Assembly: GCA_951406725.2 (NCBI GenBank)
Contig: OX597823.1
Coordinates: 68,944,001 to 69,008,000, forward strand
Source: Octopus vulgaris
Lineage: Eukaryota
DNA: 64,000 bases
Direction of reading: 5' to 3'
In this document: positions 11,621 to 25,130 of the stretch, piece by piece
Position numbering within the stretch: position 1 is the stretch's first letter
How the letters are laid out: each line of letters begins with the position of its first letter
Position numbers and translations under genes: made by a program
Notes under the pieces: generated by a model
The model's database searches: none
What the model saw: the letters and a program-made list of their open reading frames with translations, nothing else
What the model was told of the DNA's origin: nothing

Positions 11621-11889
11621 CAAAAAACACAAAAGACAAAGACAGGTGTATAAATAACAAACATATATGTATATAAATATACACACACACACACCCAATA
11701 GAAACATTGCTTGGAAGAAGGTAGTAGTATTCCTTCAAATAACAACAACGATAGCAATAATAATAATGATAATAATAATAAAAATGATAGAAGCATTTCT
11801 CACATTGTAAACACCATTTTACAGCTTTGATGTGATGTATGCAATACTTAGCTGTTTTGTCAGGATGAAAGTGGATCTAACCAGTTTAC

Positions 11890-11935
11890 CTCAGGCGATT
11901 AAAAGTTTCCTGACACAAGCAGGAAAATGAAATAT
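11890..11935 (-). CDS. Candidate exon of the minus-strand gene
   Basis: Acceptor TTTTTTGATCTTTATTCAG and donor GAG|GTAAAC. Open only as (D)ISFSCLCQETFNRL(R); the other phases give a stop, so it could be a terminal coding exon. Confidence 0.35.
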
Positions 11936-12134
11936 CTGAATAAAGATCAAAAAATATAAAGGTATAAATCCTTGATCGTTATTTTATTGTAATTTCTTAT
12001 CAAACTATTTAAAAATAGATATTCTTTGCATTTTCTACCTTTTATTTCATATTTGTATATGAGCAAAAACTGTTTTCACTATCTATCTGTCTATCTACTG
12101 TCAATCTGTTTGTCTGTCTGTCTACCTGTCAGTT

Positions 12135-12362
12135 TAAAGCCTAGCTAGGCTCATAGGCTCGGTTTCCCAGTTTCAATGGCGCATGTGTTCCCCAGCTGGA
12201 CAGGATTCCAGTCTATCACAGCGTTACTCATTTTTGTGGGCTGAGTGGGCTGGAGCAATGTGAAATGAAGTGTTTTGCTCAAGAACACAATGGTCCAGGA
12301 ATCGAAACCACAATCTTACGATCATGATGCTAACACCCTAACCACTAAGCGATGTGCCTCCA
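12135..12362 (-). mobile_element. Family-3 tRNA-derived SINE
   Basis: Minus-strand head GGAGGCACATCGCTTAGTGGTTAGGGTG..GGTTTCGATTCC (A and B boxes), then GTGTTCTTGAGCAAAACACTT. Related copies at ~27940-28258, ~28690-28995 and ~62920-63140. Confidence 0.75.
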
Positions 12363-12994
12363 CACATATATATATATAGAGAGAGCGGGAGAGAGTGAGA
12401 GATATGTATGTATATACATATATATATAAAATTTCTTTACTTCTCAGTCTGCAATGGAGAGGGGAGGCTGGTATGCATGGGTGACTGCTGGTCTTCCATA
12501 AGAACAACCCGAGGTTGCCTGTTCGCAGGCAAGGCAAATTTCCGCCCAGACTTGTACCTCGGAGGGGAACCTCTTAGGTGCACCAATGGTCATTCATGAC
12601 CGACAGAGTCAAGTCTTATATATATGTGTGTGTGTGTATAAATATATATATATAAAAGAAAATAGATGAAGAAATGCTAGCTTGAAGTATCAGGAAATAA
12701 TATTTATTTGTTTAATGTATTGCTAAATTATCAAAGATTGGTTTATTCATCTTCATATGATATATTTGATCAGCCTATAGCAATTCTACTTCACAAGGAA
12801 CTTACAAATTTTATTATTTCTTACATTTTTTTTTGTTTCAAAGCTATTTGTTGCTTTGATTTGCTCAAGTATTTATACTTCAATTTATTTCCTGTACAAG
12901 ACTCAGCAAGTGATACATTTGTAGTCTGCACAAGTGTGACATTTTATGTGTCAGTATGGTAAACTGTTGAGTAAATCTTTGATCTTTGACTAAC

Positions 12995-13068
12995 TTTGAT
13001 TTCCAGCTTGCTGCTAAAGTCTTTGATGATGACATAACAGCTCTTAAAATATTCACAGCTGCTCTCAT
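12995..13068 (-). CDS. Candidate exon (MRAAVNILRAVMSSSKTLAASWKS; alternative acceptor at 13107 gives DFRHVLSIVLRVSDESSCEYFKSCYVIIKDFSSKLEIK)
   Basis: Donor AAA|GTTAGT, non-repetitive sequence with two open frames. Both acceptors are weak. Confidence 0.3.
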
Positions 13069-13159
13069 CTGAGACTCTTAGCACTATTGACAGAACATGT
13101 CGAAAATCTGTTGTTCAATACAGGTAGCATCACATCACTACCCTTGACATCATCGTTGT

Positions 13160-13436
13160 ACGACGATGACGATGACGATGACAACGACGATGATGACAAT
13201 GGCGATGACGATGACAACGACGATGATGACAATGATGGCGATGACAACGACGGTGATGACAACGACGACGATGACGACGACGGCGATGACAACGACGACG
13301 ATGACGATGACAACAACGCCCACCACCACCACCACAACCATCACCTCCACCACTACCACCATCAGCATTATCATTATCATCGTCGTCGTTGTCGTCATCA
13401 TCATCATCATCATCATCATCACCATCATCATCAGTA
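13160..13436. repeat. Compound trinucleotide array (GAC/GAT, then CAC, then CAT)
   Basis: Read directly from sequence. Confidence 0.9.
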
Positions 13437-13467
13437 GCAGCATTGCTCATGTTAATATCTGTTGATC

Positions 13468-13657
13468 CTTAAGGCGTCAAGCTGGTAGAACTGTTAACAG
13501 CATTTCATTCATCTTTACACTCTGAGTTCAAATTCTGCAGGGATCGACTTTACCTTTAATCCTTTCAGAATCAACAAAATAAGTCCCAGTTGAGCACAGG
13601 GTTTGATGTAATTGACTTAACCCTTCCCCCAAAACTTTCTGGCCTTGTGCTAACATT
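13468..13657 (+). mobile_element. Family-2 tRNA-derived SINE (central domain resembles the MetaSINE domain)
   Basis: GAGTTCAAATTC B box followed by GACTTT.CCTTT.ATCCTTTC...AAAATAAGT.CCAG. Other copies at ~15630-15830(+), 21646-21868(+), 23968-24180(-), 31012-31225(-), 48061-48270(-), 57337-57555(-) and 57572-57786(-). Confidence 0.75.
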
Positions 13658-14199
13658 TGATACCAATCTCTGTTGATCTTATGTCATTACTCCCGAATGA
13701 AGCATCTAGTTCTTCATTGTGCTATTTCAACATCCCAAATCATCATCTAAGGTCATGTGACCAGCCACCAGCCACCACCATGTCAGAAAGGAAACTGGCA
13801 TTGTTTCATTCTTCAGCAGAGAGACATCTACAGCTCTAAAAGACAATCTTCTGGAAACCATTATTGATCATGTAATTCTTAAGACAGTTTTATGATGTAG
13901 CTTGATGAATAGCATCCAGTAATGTAATTTCCTTGGTAAAATCATATACTTTTATATCTAGATGACTTTATATAGTAAGAATAAATTTTTTTGTGGGTTT
14001 TTTTTCTGTCCAAGGTAACTATATAAAAGGATTTCAGATATTTTATGATGATTTCATGTTGCTGCTGCTTTTGCTGTTGTTGTTGTCGTCATCATCATCA
14101 TTCTTGCTGTTGTTGTTGTTAGCCTCATGTTAACCTAGATCAAGTACATCTGTGATCAAATACTGGGAATGACTATCCAATCTTTTGAGAGATCCGTAA

Positions 14200-15250
14200 T
14201 TCTTTTTCTTAAACAATCTGGAGAGATAAAATGATGATAATCAAAGCCAGGAATGATTTAATCACCCTAGAAGGTTCTTACACATATCAGGGAGCTTCCC
14301 TAGTTCAGATCTTCCTGGGTTACAGTGAAAGCAAGGCCAGTATGTCTAAGTGACACAAATGGGTACAGGAGTTACTGAGCAAGTCAGCAGTCTTAGACTG
14401 AAAAGCTTTCATGGAGCTCTTCAGACATTCATAAGTTTGATGGATGGTAATAGATTCCTTTTTGAATTCATCATGCCAACTACACAATTTCATTATAACC
14501 ATGAAACATATAAAAACATTCCTGATAATTTTTGGCCAAACAAATTGAGTTGACAATTACATCTGATGCTCTGAAGCTGGCAACTCACATTTCAGTATAA
14601 ACCATAAACAGGCTAACTGTAGACTGTATGATTGTATAGAGAGCAGCATCCTCTCTGCATCTTGTTAGCCTCTCCTCAGTAACATTGTTAAGCAACTAAT
14701 TTTGTATACTATCTTCAGTGCTTTCTTATTGGTACCCAGAACACATCCACTGCCGGGTTATTTGATTTTAAACTTCTCGTAATGAACAGAACCCTCTGTT
14801 GGCTTAATAGAGCCGTTGTAATGTCTATTGGTACACTTTCAAGTAAACAAAAGCTGTTGCTAATTTTCTGATGTTCCAGAAACCAAACAGTGCAGGAGAG
14901 ATGGGTGTTACCTTTTAACAATAAAATATTCATAGCAATGATGCAAAGGAATGCTTATGCCAGCATACAATATTAACAATAACAGCAATTAATATTGAAG
15001 ATTTATTGGAGAGAGTATCCTGTTGCAGGATGCTTAGATGACAATAAATCAGATACAAGAGTTGAACTGAAAGTAATTCAGAAGTAGACATAACTTTTTA
15101 GCATATTCACCAATAATTATTATAATCTGTCCCCAGAGAAATTATATATATAGTCAATACAAGTGAGGATCTCACTAAATCAAAAACTTTGATTTGCATA
15201 ACTGATGCCTTTCACTAGCAACTAGATCAATTAGCTTTATCTTTCAACTC
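14200..15250 (-). mobile_element. Very old LINE remnant (I/R1-group-like RT C-terminus)
   Basis: ..THLSCTVW..LLSQQRVLFITRSLKS..VFWVPI loosely resembles the conserved Y..VW / QR..LR.ITGA.K / PPI region. Many stops. Confidence 0.3.
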
Positions 15251-17044
15251 TCCGAAGTTGATAAAATTAGCATTACATTACATAATGTAAGAAAATATTT
15301 TATTTTGCTCTGTTTAGCTGTATATGACTGAAATGCCTATACAATGAAATGCATTTGCATTATAAAGTGATCGATTATGAGATTTCAATATTTGTCTGGA
15401 GTAAGGTATTATGGCAATGTTACACATAGTGGATTATATCAAGTAACATGAATTACATGTTTTTCTCATGTAGCTCTTTTGTGTTCACCTAATTTGCATA
15501 TGTTCCACTAAGTGCAAGCTAATTCTAAATTATTATGTATTAGCACAGTCATGGCTGCATGGTTAAGAAACTCACTTTGCAACCATGTGGTTTCAGGTTC
15601 AGTCTCATTGCATGGCGCCTTGAGTGAATGGTTAGCATGCTGGGCGAAATGCTTAGCGATATTTTGTCTGAGTTCAAATGCCGCCGAGGTCAACTTTGCC
15701 TTTCATCCTTTCAGGGTCGATTAAATAAGTACTAGTTAGGCACTGGGGTCGATATATTTGATTTAATCTGTTTGTCTGTCCTTGTTCGTCCTCTCTGCAT
15801 TTAGCTCCTTGTGGGTAGTAAAGAAATAGGTTTCTATCATACTATAATAATCTTGGGCTAAGCGAATTTCTTGAGAGTAAATCTGGTTGATGCAAACTGT
15901 GTAGAAGCCTTTCATATATGGTTCTATACAAATATATGTGTGTCTTTGTGCTTGCATTTGTGTCCTGACTTCACAGCTTGACAACCGATGTTGGTTTGTT
16001 TATATCTCCATAGCTTAGTGGTTTGGCAAAACAGACCAGTTGAAGAAATACCAGACTTTAAAAAATAAAAACTGGAGTCAATTTGTTTGATTAAAACCTT
16101 CAAGGCAATGCCCTAGTGTGGTTGCAGACCAATAAGAAAAGCATGTAAGAAATAAAAGATGATGATGATGATAATGATGATAATCATCATCGTTTAATGT
16201 CCGTTTTCCGTGCTAGCCCAGGTTGGACAGTTCGGCCAGGGTCTAGGAAGCCAGGAGGCTGCACCAGGCTCCAGTCTGATCTGGCAGTGTTTCTACAGCT
16301 GGATGCCCTTCCTAACACCAACCACTCCATGAGTGTAGTGGGTGCTTTTTATGTGCCACTGGCACAGGTGCCAGGGGAGGCTGGCAGCAGCCATGATCGG
16401 TTGGACCTTTTTACATGCCACTGGCACAAACCAGTCAAGGTGGCACTGGATTATATCAATTAACATCAATATCTTGTTTTACTCTTAGAGTACATTTTAT
16501 GTACACCTAATTTACATATGTTACACTAAGTCCAAGCTAATTTTCAACTATTATATAATATTATGTATTGGCATGACAGTTGTTTAATTTATCCCTTATG
16601 TAGGTTTTTCCACTTCCTTTTTATTGTTTTCCATTTATCCAAACTTAACCAGATTCATAAATTCTGCCAACAGCTTTCTCACTTTGTATTACTCAATGAT
16701 CACTAAGGTCAGAAAGGTTAAGAAAAGTCTAATTGTGTCAGTCACAGACTAATATGTTCAACAATAAAAATTACAAATTGGTGTCTATTCATCACTTAAT
16801 TCAAAACTATCTTTTCACAAATTTTTATCTACAATAAAAATTTATTTATTGAAGAATTTTATTATGCAATAAACATTAAGATAAAAATACACTAGTATCT
16901 GAACTTTGATAGTCTTTAATTCATTGTAACAATAAGAAAATCTGAATACATTTTATTCGTTTGACATTGATTGCTTGTAAACTTAAAGTATTGATTGTTG
17001 CTATTTAAACATAATAAAAACCAAAAGCTTCTGTGATTATTTTA

Positions 17045-17432
17045 TGAGGCTGTGTGGTAAGAAACTTGCTTCGCAACCACATGGTTCCAGGTTCAGTCCC
17101 ACTGTGTGGTACTTTGGGAAATTGTCTTCTGCTATAACCTCAGGTCAACCAAAGCCTTGTGAGTGGATTTGATAGAAGGAAACTGAAAGAAGCCCATATA
17201 TATAAATCAATGAGTGTGTGTCTTTGTGTCAGTGCTTGTCCACCCACACCACTGCTTGACAACTGGTGCTGGTGTCTTTACATCCCTGTAACTTAGTGGT
17301 TCATCAAAAGTGACCAATAGAATAAGTACCAGGCTTAAAAAGTAAATAAGTACAGGGGTCGATACATTTGGCTAAAAGTTCTTCAAGGTAGTGCCCCAGC
17401 ATGGCCACAGTCTAATGACTGAAACAAGTTTT
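17045..17432 (+). mobile_element. Family-1 CORE-like SINE, full length
   Basis: Collinear with the 29354-29769 copy. Confidence 0.8.
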
Positions 17433-17651
17433 AAAAAAAACGATGAAAAATCATAGGTGCAAGTACGGCTGTGTGGTTTAGAAGTTCACTTTCTAATCAT
17501 GTACTTTCAGGTTCAATTCAACTGCATAGCGTCTTGGACAAATTAAGGCTATGTAGCTCTGGGTTGAGCAAAGATTTGTGAAGGGATTTGGTAGATAGAA
17601 ATGGAAAGAAGCCTGTTTATGCATATCAGTGTGTGTATGTCTATGCTTATA

Positions 17652-17690
<39 letters not shown>

Positions 17691-17722
17691 TAAAATAATA
17701 ATAATAATAATATTAATAATAA

Positions 17723-18162
17723 ATGTATCTAAACGTATCTGTCAAGACCTACCAAAAACTGAGCAAATATAAAGATATTGAAATAGAAATCAGCAAAATG
17801 TGGAACCCGAAGACTAAAACAATACCTGTTGTCATAGGTGCCCTGGGAATGATAGCAAAAGGGGCTGATTGCTACCTAACTCAGATACCAGGAAACCCTA
17901 AAATGGCTGAAAATCAAAAGATAGTGCTCATGGGAACTGCTCATATCCTACACAAAATACTTTCTATGTAATCTCAAGTTTTAAAACAAACATAATTTTC
18001 GTAAGGTTTTTTAGACATTCACTAATACAGCACTAAATACAAAATCAAATATATGGCACACTAGGCATAACAACAACATGAACCTCCAACCTGTTGTCTC
18101 TTGAGGTCTCTGGGTGAGACTTGGAGCCAACTTGTACAAATGTAAAGCAAAAGTCAAACATA

Positions 18163-18165
<3 letters not shown>
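17723..18165 (+). mobile_element. R4/Dong-like family A, 3' fragment within (TAA)n
   Basis: KLSKYKDIEIEISKMWN..IPVVIGALG..LMGTAHIL plus a distinct 3' UTR. (TAA)n on both sides. Confidence 0.8.
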
Positions 18166-18220
<55 letters not shown>

Positions 18221-18222
<2 letters not shown>

Positions 18223-19588
18223 CAAACAGCTGGAAACACTATTAAAGACAGTTCATGGATTTACCAAAGAAATAGAGATGAAATTTGGATTAGAAAAATG
18301 CGCCAAAGTAACCATGAAAAGAGGAAAACTAGTTAAGAGTAGCAACATCACACTAGATAAAACCAATGAAATAAAAGAATTAGACCAAAGCCAAACTTAC
18401 AAATACTTAGGAATTCCATGAACTAGATAAGACACAACACACACAAATGAAAGAGAAAATAAAAAAAGAATATTATAGACAAGTTAGATCAGTACTAAAA
18501 ACAGAGCTCAATGCTAAAAACAAGATAATAGGCATTAAACTTTAGCTGTCCCAGTCATAAGTTACAGCTACAATATCCTTAACTGACAAATACAAACAAG
18601 AAATCATAACACCTAATAAATATGAAGAAGAAGAAGAAGAAGAAGATGAAGAAACAACAAAAGCTATAAAACAAATGAAATCCAAACTAAAAATAGAACA
18701 GCAACGAACCATGATAAAACGATGGCAAGAAAAGCCCCTTCATGGTAAATACTGGACTAAACTAAACGCAAAAGAAATAGACAAAGAAAAATCCCAGCAA
18801 TGGTTGAGAAGCTCAGGACTCAAAGCAGAAACAGAGGGATTTTTAATTGCAGCACAAGACCAAAGCCTCCCCACCAGACATTACCAAAAACATGTAATGA
18901 AAAGAAATATAACAAGTAACTGCAGAATATGTGGAGATGGACAAGAAACAATAAATCATATTATCTCTAGCTGCCCAGTCCTGGCTAAGAAGGAATATAT
19001 TCACAGACATGACAGAATTGGAACCTACATACATTGGAAGCTATGCCAACATTATGGAATAACAACAGAAAAAAGATGGTATAGGCACACACCAGAAAAG
19101 GTCACAGAAAACGAGAAAGAAACCATACTCTGGGATATGCCGATACACACAGATAAAGAAATTAAGGCCAACAGACCAGATATAGTTGTTAGAGATCATG
19201 AAGAAAAAAATGCTTTCTAATTGATGTATCAATACCGGCAGATGACAACATGTCTCTAAAAGAAATGGAGAAACTCTCAAAATACAAAGACCTGGAAATA
19301 GAGGTAACCAGAATGTGGAATCTAAAAACAGAAACAATTCCTATCATAGTAGGTGCATTAGGCATGATAAAAAAATATTCAGACAAATACATAACAAAAA
19401 CACCAGGACTTACAAACACATATAACATACAGAAAATTGCACTACTAGGCACTGCACACATCCTACGCAGAACACTTTCCATATAATAACCATCAGAGCA
19501 TCACAACAAATCACAGCACATACCCAAGTCACACAGAGCTGCGCTCGGTAGTGAAGTGAAAGCACGCTATAAAAATGAAACTACTGAA
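18221..19588 (+). mobile_element. R4/Dong-like family B, 5'-truncated, internally deleted
   Basis: MKFGLEKCAK and YKYLG (RT end), CRICGDGQETINHIISSC (CCHC), RHD, NRPDI and KYKDLE (RLE). Flanked by (TAA)n and (CAA/TAA)n. Confidence 0.9.
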
Positions 19589-20268
19589 CAACAACAACAA
19601 CAACAATAATAATGATAATGAAATTATTGTGTATAGTGCTCAGGTGCACTACAATTCATCAAAGGTGCATGTACAGTACATAGAATTATGTACAAAAGTC
19701 ATGTCACTTGGTTTCAGTCGTCTGTGAGAAAATGTCCTTAGAAATCCTGCCCCAATATAGTCTCATCTGGCCCATGTGAGCAACAAAAAGTAGACATGAA
19801 ATGACAGTGATGACAATAACGACAACAACAACACCAACAACAATAACAAAGACATAGACATATATCTTGTTGATATCATAAAAAATTTTAAACACTTGTG
19901 AGAATGTGAAATAATTTTTTTTTGAAATAGTATAATATCTCAAACCACACACACTTAAGGCTATAAATAATAATATATAAATTACTGGGTTGACAAAAAA
20001 AAACTTTTTAGATAGAAAAACTCAATATTGATTTCTCACTTAATTATAAAGCTTTAGTCAACCTAATATTTATTTGTTATTATTTATAGCTTTATGTCTG
20101 TGCTTCCAAGTATGCTACTCCAAAAAGGAAATATATACATATATAAATATATTTATACATGCATACATACATATATGTATATATATACATATATCTCTAC
20201 ATATATGTATATATTTCGTTTTTGGATTTTGTTTGCAAGATTCTTTATATGAGTTCGTGTGTTGAAGC

Positions 20269-20639
20269 ATATTCTGTTGTGTCTGGGGAGAGTCATTTTC
20301 TTTTTGTGCCTTATAAATTAATGCACTGACCGATAAAATTTTCACTTATTTCTTATTTTTATTTTCCTAAAATTTTCGCTGCATCTTGCAACCTTGATAT
20401 TAATTTGCTTAATATCAATTTAAAACCAGTGGTCTAGCATATAGAAAAATCTGAAAATCCAGAAAAATTGTCTTACATACATATAAGAGGGATGACCATT
20501 ACAACTATTGAAAAGGTTGCAAGGCGCAATGAAAATTTTAGGAAAATAAAAATAAGAAATAAGTGGAAATTTTACCGGTGAGTGTGTTAAATTATAAAGC
20601 ACAAAAAGAAAAATGACCCTCCCCAGACACAATAGAATA
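20269..20639. repeat. ~125-bp inverted repeat (PLE pLTR-like) with decayed hammerhead
   Basis: Arms 20269-20395 and 20513-20639. At 20505-20541: CTA-TTGAAAA-G-GTTGC-AAGGC-GCAAT-GAAA-ATTT-TAG; the left arm retains GCAGCGAAA. Confidence 0.6.
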
Positions 20640-20647
20640 TACATATA

Positions 20648-20691
<44 letters not shown>

Positions 20692-20797
20692 CACATATAC
20701 ATATATATATATATACATATATATATACACACACACACATGTGTGTGTATGTATATATATATTCAAATATGAATTAGAAGTAGCTTGAGGTATATAA

Positions 20798-20987
20798 ACA
20801 AAATTGAACACACATACACAAAATATGTGTGTTGTTAGTTTGTGGATTGGCTGTGACTTTTAGGTGTAAGAGAAAATATTCTCTATACTCCAGGTACATA
20901 AAGAATATATTCTCTTATACTTAAAAACTGCAGTCAACCCATGAACTAACAACACACAGACCTTGTGTATGTATGTTTGATTTTGTT
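20798..20987. repeat. ~190-bp fold-back (MITE-like) palindrome
   Basis: AACAAAATTGAACACACATACACAA..GTGTGTTGTTAGTT..TAAGAGAA pairs with TTCTCTTA..AACTAACAACACAC..TTGTGTATGTATGTTTGATTTTGTT. Confidence 0.7.
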
Positions 20988-21137
20988 CATATATATGTAT
21001 ATATATTGTCAGTAAATCATAAATCTAAAAGAGAAGCATACTCTAAGTTATAGAGCAGTAATTAGATAAAAATAGTTATGGCTGGTCTATGGGGTTGCCC
21101 TAGGTTTCATATCCATAAAACGCTTTATGGTGTTTCT

Positions 21138-21171
<34 letters not shown>

Positions 21172-21189
21172 TTCTTTCTCTCTCTCTCT

Positions 21190-21455
21190 ACACTATGAGT
21201 GTAGTGGGTGCTTTTTACGTGCCACCCGCACAGGCGCCAGATGGTGCTGGCAAACGGCCACGAATGGATGGTGCTTTTATGTGCCACCAGCACGGAGGCC
21301 AGTCGAGGCGGCGCTGGCAACGGCCACAAACGGATGGTGCTTTTTACGTGCCACCAGCACGGGGGCCAGGCGAGGCTGGCAACGGCCACAAATGGATGGT
21401 GCTTTTATGTGCCACCGGCACGGGGGCCAGGCGAGGCTGGCAACGGACACGAACG
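21190..21455 (-). mobile_element. RTE 3' UTR tandem ~60-bp units (about four)
   Basis: Repeated GGATGGTGCTTTT..GTGCCACC..GCTGGCAACGGCCAC. Confidence 0.75.
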
Positions 21456-21907
21456 GATAAGAAAATTTTGCCAAAATGTTATGGTAACAACAAACAAGGT
21501 GAGGACACCTATCCACCCATTGTAAATAATGTACATGATTCCTCATCTCAAAAATATAGAATAGTATATTAGGAAACAGTGTATAAAACATTTACTGATG
21601 TTGCAAATAGCTGCTCAGTTGTTTACCAGATAGAGTATCATGCTCCTTAAAGGTGGCAAGCTGGCAGAATCATTAGCATGCCAAACAATCTGTCTGCTCA
21701 GCAACAATCTGTCCGTCTTTACATTGTGAGTTCAAATTCCACTGAGGTCGACTTTGTCTTTCATCCTTCCTGAGATCAATAAAATAAGCACAAGTTGAGC
21801 ACTGGGGCCAATGTAACAGACTTACTCTCTTACCCAAAAGTTCTGGCCTTGTGCTAAAATTAGAAAACAGTTGAAACCAATATTATGCTCTTTAGCTAGT
21901 CCAGGTA

Positions 21908-22290
21908 TTCTTTTACTGGTTTCAGTCATTTGGCTGCAGCCATGCTGGAGCACCACCTTTAGTCAAACGAATCGACCCCGGTACTTATTCTTTGTAAACC
22001 TAGTACTTATTCTATTAGTCTCTTTTGCTGAACAGCTAAGTTATGGAGACATAAACACACCAACATCAGTGTCAAGCAATGGTGGGGAGAAAAACACAGA
22101 CACACAAACACATACATATATATATATATATATAAATATATATGGCAAGCTTCTTTCAGGTTCTGTCTACTAAATCCACTCAAAAGGCTTTGGTTGGCCC
22201 GAGGCTATAGTAGAAGACACTTGCCCAAGATGCCACACAGTGGGACTGAACCCAGAACAATGTGGTTGGGAAGCAAGCTTCTTACCACAT
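21908..22290 (-). mobile_element. Family-1 CORE-like SINE
   Basis: Reverse complement of the 29354-29769 type. Further minus copies at ~25535-25947, 34143-34503 and 63425-63833. Confidence 0.8.
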
Positions 22291-22672
22291 TTGCACCAGT
22301 ATAATTATATATCTGCCCCAGTATAATTATATATCTACTTTAATGCATATACTCCAAGCAATTGTCTATACATTTATTCTACATGATGTTTTGATAATTC
22401 ATATCATTCTAAACTTTTGTGAATTGAGCCCTTAAGGTAGATTCTATGCGAAAAAACATTCTTGCTGTATTTTGAGAACTATTTATGCTTATAGTTCTAT
22501 GCAGGAATTAAATCTGTATATGCTGAAGAATTTTGTTGAGAAAAAAATTCAGAATTTGAAATAACTTCAACTTGATATTTACACTTAGTGGTTTTATGCA
22601 CTCAATGTCATGGTTATTTATAACCTAGTTGTAAAATTTGAATATCTTTTATTTGCTTCCCAGATACAATCT

Positions 22673-23380
<708 letters not shown>

Positions 23381-24287
23381 CTAAGCATATGTGGGGATCA
23401 GCCAGGTGTGTGTGTGTTTATTTCCCATCAATTCAGCAGTTTGTTCTGAAAATGTTGTAATGAGTATGTCTTTCATATGATTTAGACAGAAATAATTCCC
23501 ATTGGCTGTTGAATTTGAAAAGTTAGTTTTATGAAAACTTACCAAATCATTTATAAGCATATTTCCACTAAAATATATATCTTTATTTTATTTATTATAG
23601 TTATGAAATATTATTTTTATTCTATCAAATCATTTTATAGAAGTCATTCAATTTATTTTTTTTTAATATTCTGTTTCCTCCATTTTATGAATTTTGATTG
23701 ATATTGATTTCTGACTTAAATACAAATAAAACTTTAGTCAACTGAATCAACTAAATATTATTATTACTGCATAACTGGTATTAATTTTATTGAGTTCTGA
23801 TGACAGGAGGGAGAAAGAAAAGTTGACTCTAGTGAAATATGAACTCACAATGTCAGATAAAATTAAGTACTTCATCACATCCACATAATACAGAGTAGTA
23901 TTGTATTTTTTGCTTATTTTTACATTTGATACATATTTCATTTTTTTTTTTTTACATATGTATATACTTTTCTATTCAAAGCACAAGGCCTGAAATTTTT
24001 GGGGAGGGCGCCAGTCGATTAAATCGACCCCAGTATGTAACTGGTACTCAATTTATTGACCCTGAAAGGATGAAACGCAAAGTCGAACTCAGCGGAATTT
24101 GAACTCAGAATATAAAGACAGATGAAATACTACTAAGCATTTCGCCTGACGTGCTAACATTTCTGCCAGCTCATCACCTTTTTACATATATATAGGTGCA
24201 GGTGTGGCTATGTGATAAGATGTTTGCTTCCTAACCACATGGTTTCAGGTTCAGTCTCAAAGCATGCACTTTGGGTGTCTTCTACTA

Positions 24288-25130
24288 CTCCTGATGCCAA
24301 CAAGCCTGCACAGATGGGGTTTGAGTGAAGACCAGCTGTGTAGACTTTGTGGAGAAAGGGGCACTCTGACATACATCTTGGCAGGGTGCAGAGTAGCACT
24401 TTCTGGAGGCAGATATAAATGGCAACACCTGCTCACACCCTGAATCAGCAAAGGTGCAAGAAGCATCATCACCAAGGGAAGGTAACAGCAACAATTAAGT
24501 TCAGGAAAAAGGGAGAAAGACCAGTAAAGTACATAGCTTGCTGCAAGGATCTCAAGCATGGGATATGAAAGTGTACTTAGGGAAGAGATTGTAGTTTCTC
24601 CAGGTTGTACATACATCCCTGAGACCAGATGTGATCCTGTAGTCTGAAAAGGGCAAGAAAATTATTGTAATTGAACTAACAGTCTCGTGGGAAAAAGGGG
24701 TATGATGAGGTCCATGAATCTGAAGCATGCCAGATATGAGAACCTTCTACAAGATTGCGGGGGGGGGGGGGGCATTTCCCAGTCGAGGTTGGCTGTAGGG
24801 GATTCCCTGTTCAGTCAGCATGGAAGATGCTCACAGTAACTGGAATGAGAGGTAAGGAGTGAAGGGAGGCTGTAGGCAGGATGAGAGAGGCAGCTGAAAG
24901 AGCCTCTTGTTAGCTTTGGAGAATGAGAGAAGAGTTCAGCTGGAAGCCAAGAGGAGATGAAGAGTAGTGACTTGGCCACCTCTGCTGACCCATCAATGGG
25001 AGAGTGTTATGGTTCAGGGTCGACATACCTGATGAATGTTAGATACCATCTGACAACATTAGTTCCTCATGGCAAAGGCTCCATTCACTTTGCTGAATGG
25101 ATAAAGCACCTCCTTATAGGTGTTACTTAC
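24288..25130 (+). mobile_element. HERO-like RLE non-LTR retrotransposon, 3' part, inserted in a SINE
   Basis: PTSLHRWGLSEDQLCRLCGERGTLTYILAGCRVALSGGRYKWQH, LRPDVIL, IELTVSWE, FPVEVGCRGF and AAERASC*LW. The SINE head is at 24195-24287 and the SINE resumes at ~25135. Confidence 0.85.

Noticed and set aside
12290-12362. tRNA-like sequences with A and B boxes
   Set aside because: They are SINE heads without a complete cloverleaf; no real tRNA or rRNA genes were seen.
13087-13465. Poly-Asp/poly-His ORF resembling a biomineralisation or metal-binding protein
   Set aside because: Trinucleotide array open in most frames, with no signal peptide or convincing splice context.
23849-23941. Minus-strand segment ending in a GTGAGT donor (TLYYVDVMKYLILSDI)
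   Set aside because: No credible acceptor.
25010-25060. CTGATGA in the HERO 3' UTR as a hammerhead
   Set aside because: No correctly placed GAAA, cleavage triplet or closing helix.
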